64,000 bases of DNA from an uncultured virus (IMG/VR IMGVR_UViG_3300032294_001063) (lineage: Duplodnaviria; Heunggongvirae; Uroviricota; Caudoviricetes): the IMG/VR virus record IMGVR_UViG_3300032294_001063; one strand, 5' to 3'. The notes below the pieces were generated by a model. It saw only the letters and a program-made list of their open reading frames with translations, did not search any database and had not been told where the DNA came from. Shown here in pieces: positions 58,467 through 64,000 of this stretch. The position numbers and the translations under genes are program-made. Position 1 is the first letter of the stretch. The number at the start of each line of letters is the position of its first letter.

Positions 58467-58566
58467 TTGTTTATCCCCTTTCAAGAGATGTTTTATTTAT
58501 TATATCGGATACCCACGATTTTGTAAATACCCCCGTAAGAGCTAAGATCAGCCCCTACGTTCCGCC

Positions 58567-58767
58567 TTATATATTAAGTTGTAAATCCATTGATGTATCT
58601 TCATTTAGATATACATCTGTAGCTTCAATTACATCATTCGTTGCAATTGGATCCCATTCAGTTTCAGGTAATGAGTTTGCAATCTCCGCTGCCTCATATG
58701 GATCGGCAGCTTCAAGGATAGTATAATAGTTCTGATATTTATTTCCAAATACTCTATAAGCTGGCAA
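58567..58767 (-). CDS. Small acidic protein
   Basis: LEAADPYEAAEIA. Confidence 0.55.
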   Translation of the reverse strand: MPAYRVFGNKYQNYYTILEAADPYEAAEIANSLPETEWDPIATNDVIEATDVYLNEDTSMDLQLNI

Positions 58768-58981
58768 GCTCTCTACTCTCCCATTCCGCTAATGTTCTAA
58801 CAGTAAAGTCTCTACCTAGATTATAACAATATTTTACCGCCTTTGTCAATGACTCTGTCTCATATATTGGGATAGACATAGGTATATCAGTTTTATCATA
58901 CACCTCAAACATATCCACCCCTCCAGGAGAACAACCGTAATTAACTTCCAGGATTTCTAAGCTTGGCTCATAATTGCTCAT
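58754..58981 (-). CDS. Hypothetical protein
   Basis: Start reassigned after RBS AAGGGG. Confidence 0.55.
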   Translation of the reverse strand: MSNYEPSLEILEVNYGCSPGGVDMFEVYDKTDIPMSIPIYETESLTKAVKYCYNLGRDFTVRTLAEWESRELASL

Positions 58982-59130
58982 TTTGTCCCCTTCTCTTTGG
59001 CCAACTTTTGCTGCTCTCGCCACCTCTGCCAATGATTAACTTGTGTAATCTCGACATCTACTTCAGGTGGGCATTCAAGAACATATGGCACTCCGCCCAC
59101 TATCTCTATCTTTACTTTATGCTTGCTCAT
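58978..59130 (-). CDS. Small protein (50 aa)
   Basis: MSKHKVKIEIVGGVPYVLECPPEVDVEI; not in ORF track. Confidence 0.5.
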   Translation of the reverse strand: MSKHKVKIEIVGGVPYVLECPPEVDVEITQVNHWQRWREQQKLAKEKGTK

Positions 59131-59260
59131 CGCCTAGCCTATCTTTAATTAGTTTAGCAATGAGATTGTGTGCTTCAATGTTCTCTGTTTCTGACCCGCC
59201 CCACAAAAGTCTTTGTGCTTCTGCTAAGACCGAATCAACATATTGATCAGTTACCTTCAT
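59117..59260 (-). CDS. Small protein
   Basis: Start at MKVTDQ after GAGG. Confidence 0.5.
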   Translation of the reverse strand: MKVTDQYVDSVLAEAQRLLWGGSETENIEAHNLIAKLIKDRLGDEQA

Positions 59261-59564
59261 CCTCTTCCTCCTCTTCTTCTTCAAACATTGTGTCGACAAT
59301 GTATTCACGATTTAACATCCATTCAAGCACATCGTCTTGATGTTGTTCTGCCCCGTATTCCAGAGAGAACCCGTGGCCAGCCTCTACAGCCTCACAGAGG
59401 TTGTCCCACATCTGGTCCTGTGTCACGTTGGCCCTGTATGAATCGTCCTCTAAAATGCCATTAATTGTGGACCAAGTCCATAGCCAAACCAAGGAAAGGC
59501 CTAGGTCGGTGGTGTCAAGAATCTTTAAACATTCGTTTAGTTTATCTTTATCATCAGGCTTCAT
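59247..59564 (-). CDS. Acidic hypothetical protein
   Basis: Start MKPDD after GGAG. Confidence 0.55.
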   Translation of the reverse strand: MKPDDKDKLNECLKILDTTDLGLSLVWLWTWSTINGILEDDSYRANVTQDQMWDNLCEAVEAGHGFSLEYGAEQHQDDVLEWMLNREYIVDTMFEEEEEEEDEGN

Positions 59565-59829
59565 TACGTGCTCCAATCGCAAACGACAGTTGATAAGTTA
59601 GTTCATATAAGGCTACTAGAGTATCTAGGCGCCCTTCACATTCTGTACGGACCATAGAGTCCATTGCCTCTTCTGACTTTTCTTCTTGCTCTAATGCGCT
59701 TGCAAGGTCTTCCTCAGCAATCAACATTAGATTCTTTAGTTCGCCGTGCAAGATGTCGAGACCTGACACACCTGCATTAACCATACGTTGTAAATGGGGC
59801 GGGAGCCCAATATCTTCAACAGTCATCAT
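59554..59829 (-). CDS. Hypothetical helical protein
   Basis: TGTCAG-box promoter and AACGAAAGGA leader. Confidence 0.6.
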   Translation of the reverse strand: MMTVEDIGLPPHLQRMVNAGVSGLDILHGELKNLMLIAEEDLASALEQEEKSEEAMDSMVRTECEGRLDTLVALYELTYQLSFAIGARNEA

Positions 59830-60020
59830 ACATATATCCTTTCGTTAGAAGCATTCATTATATCAGTAGCCACTGACAATAAATGCTCTGTTGCCATAAT
59901 TTGTCCCTGGATATTAATCTTAGATTCAACATTCAAGTCTTTATCTAAGTCTTGGTTAAGACTAATTAAATGAAGTTTCATATACTCTAGAAAGTATGAT
60001 GATTTAGTCTGTGTAGTCAA
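59826..60020 (-). CDS. Small helical protein
   Basis: TTG start after GGAGG. Confidence 0.5.
   Translation of the reverse strand: MTTQTKSSYFLEYMKLHLISLNQDLDKDLNVESKINIQGQIMATEHLLSVATDIMNASNERIYV
59857..59878 (-). promoter_or_regulatory. TGTCAG-N10-TATAAT promoter
   Basis: TGTCAGTGGCTACTGATATAAT. Confidence 0.75.
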
Positions 60021-60186
60021 AGTAGCCCTCCGCCCATAGTCCCTGCATAAAACTAACAGCGTCCTCTAAGTCTTTAACTAAGGGGTCCTTGTTCATTAAA
60101 TCTGACGGGGATCGAAGATAGAAAAGCTTTACATCGTGTATAGCATTAATCATTCTATTTAGATCTTCTTCTGTATAACCTAGCAT
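60004..60186 (-). CDS. Small protein
   Basis: RBS GGAG; GLWAEGYFD. Confidence 0.55.
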   Translation of the reverse strand: MLGYTEEDLNRMINAIHDVKLFYLRSPSDLMNKDPLVKDLEDAVSFMQGLWAEGYFDYTD

Positions 60187-60353
60187 AAATCATACTCCAT
60201 ATCCCAAGATACATCAGGCCAACCTAAATCATATCTTGTACTATCTACTTTACCTAAATCGTCTAGGTGAGCATTAATTTTATTATGTGCTTCATTTTCA
60301 TTATTAGCCATTACACTGCCTGCTAATTTAATTACAAAGTCATAACTTCTCAT
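60180..60353 (-). CDS. Small protein (57 aa)
   Basis: ATGA overlap; V.A.NE.EA motif; not in ORF track. Confidence 0.5.
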   Translation of the reverse strand: MRSYDFVIKLAGSVMANNENEAHNKINAHLDDLGKVDSTRYDLGWPDVSWDMEYDLC

Positions 60354-60565
60354 AAGTAATCCTCATCTCCCTCTTTTAGATTATAGAATTTATTAAATTC
60401 AGATTGAACAAACTTATCTCCTGACATTTCAGCAAATTGCTTATCTGCATAATATTGCCCCTCGTCAAGATTGCTATTAATCCAATCTTCAAGTAATTGT
60501 TCTGCTATATCTTGATAGCAAGCGTCAATTACCATTTGATTTACATCTTCTAAGAAACTAGCCAT
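60350..60565 (-). CDS. Small acidic protein
   Basis: RBS AGGAGG; upstream TGTCAG-N10-TAGTAT at 60626-60605. Confidence 0.55.
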   Translation of the reverse strand: MASFLEDVNQMVIDACYQDIAEQLLEDWINSNLDEGQYYADKQFAEMSGDKFVQSEFNKFYNLKEGDEDYL

Positions 60566-61349
60566 TTAGTGCTTCCTCCTGTGTGTATGTTTTTTCATTT
60601 GCTAATACTACACTATGGGTCTGACATTCTGCCATTTCTACTTCATTCTGCCAAGAGCCCTGCCCACATTCGGAGCAGAATTCACCGCAGTCATTTTCGC
60701 AGTAATCCAATGTATCAAAAGATTGACAAGCATAGCAACGATTCTCATATTCTAGAATAGTTTTAACATCACCACGGACAATCTCTAGTTCTCCGCCCCA
60801 ACCTGTTTCTTCCTCATACTCTAATGTAAGAAGAGAGTTCGGAACAAGATTACTTAATTTAGTTAAGATAGTTACAGCAGGTGACCAAGCAGTTTCATAT
60901 TTATAGACAAGCCAGTTGTCATCACCTTCTGATTTATATTCAAGTAATTCTGTATTTGAATACTCTTCGTCATCACGAACGGCTACATCCCACTTAGTTC
61001 CCCAGTTGGAGTTATTCCACGAATACCAATCTTTTTGAGTTTTAGCAAACTCAACAGACTTCTTAAACCAATTAGGGTCATTGGTGTCAATACCACCACG
61101 AGAAGGTTGGCAAGCATATTCCTCATCAGTAATTCCGTCATCCTTATATGAGTGGATATTGTGGAAAGCAAAGACAGGATTATTATATTCAACCTGCTTA
61201 ATTTTGGTGGGGAAACCCATAGAAGAGATATCACCCATACCATAGTTCTCCATTGCTAATGTGAATGGACGATTTAGTCTTTCTTTGATAGAATCAATTT
61301 CCTCTTTAGGTCCTTGAATAGTTAACGTGTTATAACACCAATTTGGCAT
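60558..61349 (-). CDS. DUF1281/YubB-like protein with C-terminal Cys cluster
   Basis: MPNWC.N.L.I.G, WYSWN..NWGTKWD, ETAWSP. Confidence 0.7.
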   Translation of the reverse strand: MPNWCYNTLTIQGPKEEIDSIKERLNRPFTLAMENYGMGDISSMGFPTKIKQVEYNNPVFAFHNIHSYKDDGITDEEYACQPSRGGIDTNDPNWFKKSVEFAKTQKDWYSWNNSNWGTKWDVAVRDDEEYSNTELLEYKSEGDDNWLVYKYETAWSPAVTILTKLSNLVPNSLLTLEYEEETGWGGELEIVRGDVKTILEYENRCYACQSFDTLDYCENDCGEFCSECGQGSWQNEVEMAECQTHSVVLANEKTYTQEEALNG

Positions 61350-61374
61350 TTTATTTCCTTTCGCTAATAACCCA

Positions 61375-61396
61375 ATTATATATTAGACCACTGACA
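61375..61396 (-). promoter_or_regulatory. TGTCAG-N10-TATAAT promoter
   Basis: TGTCAGTGGTCTAATATATAAT. Confidence 0.75.
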
Positions 61397-61528
61397 TTTG
61401 TCTATGCAATATGGGTGTGTTTTACACCACATCCGATCAAAGCTGATCTCAATATGTGAAATTTCCAGGAATTAATATTGACATCCGTAAATAGCATATG
61501 ATACCCTCAGGTCTTTTGGGGGCCAAAC

Positions 61529-61677
61529 AAAAAATCCCTCAGCTAAGCTGAAGGATCTTAAGATAAGTAAGGCTGCTAGCAGAACGAAAGGAATTTAGTA
61601 TACGCTGCTTTATTTAACGACTTGGGGGAACCCCTGGTAGCCGCACCATACTTCAATGAAAAGGCCCGCTAGGACCT
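61529..61677 (-). ncRNA. Candidate small regulatory RNA (~150 nt)
   Basis: TGATATAAT at 61692-61684; 5' hairpin AGGTCC/GGGCCT; no ORF >12 codons; terminator ATCCTTCAGC-tta-GCTGAGGGAT-TTTTT. Confidence 0.65.
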
Positions 61678-61704
61678 ATTCATATTATATCATATCTTAG
61701 TTAA

Positions 61705-62109
61705 CTAAACTGAGAGAGTAACGTCAGCATACTTCTCAACAAAGTTACTTAGGTCCATAGTAAAGAGCGCTTCATTGCTCATCCCATTAACCTTGTTATC
61801 TAAGTCATTACGTGGAGCCTCTTCGTGAAGACTAAACGTTTGCTGTTGGAAATCGACAATAGCAATCTTGTGCTCATTATCGCCAATCTCATTTACGTGC
61901 AGGCCCCATCCAGTTTCTGAATTCCATTCATCTGCTACCATTTGACTGATTGTAATACGTGTAGCATATGATGGGTCATTCCACCTAGGACGTGCTTTAA
62001 ACACTGCCTCTGCTAATCGAGCAAGCATTTGGTGGCCCGCCCAGTGCCCGTATAGTACAATTGTATTTCCATTCGGCTGTACGAATCCGAAGTTTGCTCT
62101 GTCTCCCAT
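61705..62109 (-). CDS. Conserved phage hypothetical protein
   Basis: MGDRANF...LYGHWAG...RW.D.SYATR. Confidence 0.65.
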   Translation of the reverse strand: MGDRANFGFVQPNGNTIVLYGHWAGHQMLARLAEAVFKARPRWNDPSYATRITISQMVADEWNSETGWGLHVNEIGDNEHKIAIVDFQQQTFSLHEEAPRNDLDNKVNGMSNEALFTMDLSNFVEKYADVTLSV

Positions 62110-62110
62110 T

Positions 62111-62320
62111 TTATTCCGCCTTTTCTAGTATAGGTGCTGCTTCTTCTTTTTTATTTAATTCTATCATCTCAAATGAGACCTTGTCAAGGGCATCCTTGTT
62201 TTTATTGTAGTGGTGGCCACAAAAGAACAGCTCACCATCTACTAGTTTAATTAGATACATAGCTTGAGCTGTACCGCATTGATCACAGCCAATCCATCTA
62301 GTTAGATCCTCAGATGTCAT
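62111..62320 (-). CDS. Small zinc-binding protein
   Basis: CDQCG.AQA...GEL.FCGHH; start reassigned. Confidence 0.6.
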   Translation of the reverse strand: MTSEDLTRWIGCDQCGTAQAMYLIKLVDGELFFCGHHYNKNKDALDKVSFEMIELNKKEEAAPILEKAE

Positions 62321-62465
62321 AGTCAACAGTTCCAAATTCAATACGGTCTGCAATGTCATCATATACTTGGCCATCATCCTCAGATTCAGCCCACACACGA
62401 ATATTTGCGACAATTACTTCACGAGCAAATTTGACGCCATCTTCAAAACCATCTTGGTAATCCAT
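62310..62465 (-). CDS. Small acidic protein (51 aa)
   Basis: RBS GGGAG; YQDGFEDG; not in ORF track. Confidence 0.55.
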   Translation of the reverse strand: MDYQDGFEDGVKFAREVIVANIRVWAESEDDGQVYDDIADRIEFGTVDYDI

Positions 62466-62466
62466 T

Positions 62467-62679
62467 TTATCTCCCTGTATATCCAGTCGGCTCGTATTCA
62501 GATACGTATGATTCTTTTAAATTATACTTATCTCTAATCCGACTTACCTTCTCAATGCTACCAGTTCCAATGTTGAATGTCAATGGTGACAATGCCTGTG
62601 GGTCTAGCCCAATCATTTGTGCATCCCAATAGGCCATCTCCATAGATAGCCTATCAGGAGCAGTCAATTCAAAGTACAT
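62467..62679 (-). CDS. Hypothetical protein
   Basis: TAATG overlap. Confidence 0.55.
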   Translation of the reverse strand: MYFELTAPDRLSMEMAYWDAQMIGLDPQALSPLTFNIGTGSIEKVSRIRDKYNLKESYVSEYEPTGYTGR

Positions 62680-63332
62680 TATGCTTCCCTCACATAACAG
62701 ATTTCAGTATCGACAATCTCAATGTTGCCACTCTGTGAATCAACAAAAAGATTATCTGTGATTTCTGTTTCGAAGTCATAGTCTTCAAGTATGTTCAGGT
62801 CAATTGTTCCACTAACCTCGATGGTTGCGGTGAATTCAATTGTTCTAGTTAATTCAATGTTAAGCGCTTCAGCAATTGCACGAAGAGTATCTTGGTCATC
62901 TGAATCAGCATATGCTTCAGTGATAATATCTTTAACTGTATTAATGTTGGATTCAAATACCCCAACACGCTTTTGTGCTTGACGTCCATTGTGTAGGTCC
63001 CACTCAATGCTGGCAACCTTATCAGTTGCATATTCTGCATCTGAATAACCACGGATTACTTTGTATGTAACCAATAGGTTAGAGTTATATGTATCAGGAA
63101 CTACAGATGTTGTTGTTTCTGTTGTCATTTTATTTCCTTTCGTTTCTGTTATAGGTGTATCTGTATACGGTATTGTAGCATCTTCCACTGACAATAATGT
63201 GCAATTGGAGTTACATCGGCATGTGAGGTCCATCACACCCGCTGGCCATCCATATCCATCTTTAATTGTATATTCAATTAATGCGTCACAGTCTCCTGTG
63301 CACACCCAGGTATACTTTTGATATTTGGTCAT
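62679..63332 (-). CDS. Hypothetical protein with two probable in-frame starts (63332 and 63128)
   Basis: Leaderless ATG 63332; internal promoter and RBS before ATG 63128. Confidence 0.6.
   Translation of the reverse strand: MTKYQKYTWVCTGDCDALIEYTIKDGYGWPAGVMDLTCRCNSNCTLLSVEDATIPYTDTPITETKGNKMTTETTTSVVPDTYNSNLLVTYKVIRGYSDAEYATDKVASIEWDLHNGRQAQKRVGVFESNINTVKDIITEAYADSDDQDTLRAIAEALNIELTRTIEFTATIEVSGTIDLNILEDYDFETEITDNLFVDSQSGNIEIVDTEICYVREA
63172..63193 (-). promoter_or_regulatory. TGTCAG-N10-TACAAT promoter
   Basis: TGTCAGTGGAAGATGCTACAAT. Confidence 0.7.
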
Positions 63333-63338
63333 GCGAGT

Positions 63339-63360
63339 ATTATAGCGGTACCCACTGACA
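63339..63360 (-). promoter_or_regulatory. TGTCAG-N10-TATAAT promoter
   Basis: TGTCAGTGGGTACCGCTATAAT; ATG 6 nt downstream. Confidence 0.75.
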
Positions 63361-63457
63361 TATACAAGCTTTTCAGGGTGTTTTTTATGTGATCCGTAAC
63401 ACAGAAATTTCGCCTTCAAGGTTGCGGGCATCTCACATATTGATATTAAATTCTTAG

Positions 63458-63531
63458 CGATCCATAACGGACTTGAACCGTCGACCTCTACCGTGACAGG
63501 GTAGCGCTCTAACCAACTGAGCTAATGGACC
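63458..63531 (-). tRNA. tRNA-Asp (GTC)
   Basis: GGTCCAT/ATGGATC acceptor; TAGCTCAGTTGGTTAGAGC D-arm; CT-GTC-AC loop; GGTTCAAGTCC T-arm; no encoded CCA. Confidence 0.93.
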
Positions 63532-63535
63532 AAAT

Positions 63536-63562
63536 GAAAACGGGGGAGTTTCCTCCCCCGTT
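63536..63562 (-). terminator. Intrinsic terminator
   Basis: CGGGGGAG-gaaa-CTCCCCCG-TTTT. Confidence 0.75.
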
Positions 63563-63575
63563 GCAAATCATTTTG

Positions 63576-64000
63576 TTAGAATGATTTTACCAACTTGAGA
63601 ATTTTATTTTTCTCTGCGGTAAGAATTGGGTCAAACCCTGATGCACCAGCCATTAGTGTTTCAGAATTTCCACGACCTGAACGATAATAATCAAGGCGCT
63701 CAGTTAGTGCATTGAACGCACCCCACTTTGTTCCCTTGATTGTAGCGTTAGTAGGTGAGTTGTGATACAAATCGTCAATGAGAACAACTTTGTTTTCCCA
63801 CTTTTTCATTGCACCCTTCAAATCTTTATCAGGCTTTGGATAAAGAGTTGTAATCAACTTTGAAAATTCAGCATCGGTAATTGCTTGAGAATAAAGAGAT
63901 TGAGCCTCTTTTTCAAACTCATCGAAATACCCAAGAGCAAGCCCAAGAGTTTCACGAGCAACTTGAATGCGACCTTCAACAGATTGTGTGTGTCGAATCT
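63576..64000 (-). CDS. DUF932-family protein, 5' partial
   Basis: Frame open to window edge: IRHTQS...ARETLGL...GTKWGAFNALTE.LD. Confidence 0.8.
   Translation of the reverse strand, partial: IRHTQSVEGRIQVARETLGLALGYFDEFEKEAQSLYSQAITDAEFSKLITTLYPKPDKDLKGAMKKWENKVVLIDDLYHNSPTNATIKGTKWGAFNALTERLDYYRSGRGNSETLMAGASGFDPILTAEKNKILKLVKSF

Noticed and set aside
59747..60426. Extra TGTCAG hexamers at 59763 and 60421
   Set aside because: No -10-like hexamer at the 10-nt spacing
61478..61506. + strand promoter from TTGACA
   Set aside because: No -10 at 16-18 nt spacing
1..64000. Alternative genetic code, DGR or retron
   Set aside because: Genes tile densely under the standard code with all three stops; no reverse transcriptase or TR/VR pair was seen

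Overview
This window is a gene-dense, AT-rich segment of a large tailed (siphovirus-like) dsDNA phage. The host is most likely an actinobacterium, probably a low-GC freshwater lineage; this is inferred from WhiB, an Lsr2-type domain, an S-layer-like protein and many leaderless genes. The + strand (1-57295) carries the end of the tail-chaperone locus, a 2240-aa tape measure protein, tail/fibre genes and a replication-recombination block (DnaB, DnaG, SSB, DnaE, RecA, Cas4-like nuclease, resolvases). It continues with a cobalamin module, the terminase, proteostasis and auxiliary metabolic genes, surface proteins and a CHAP endolysin. A ~520-bp non-coding junction with DnaA boxes and repeats follows, then a - strand block of small early-type genes and tRNA-Asp. 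The strongest new signal is a regulatory set in the - strand block: six promoters of fixed form TGTCAG-N10-TAnnnT, four of them followed by the same A(A/G)CGAAAGG ribosome-binding leader, plus a separately promoted and terminated ~150-nt ORF-less RNA carrying the complement of that leader. Other highlights are a pseudoknot/switch-like RNA upstream of a nuclease, a DnaA-box cluster with a dispersed fixed-spacing repeat, and a B12-binding-like/PduO module. All protein calls come from motif recognition only; no database searches were run.
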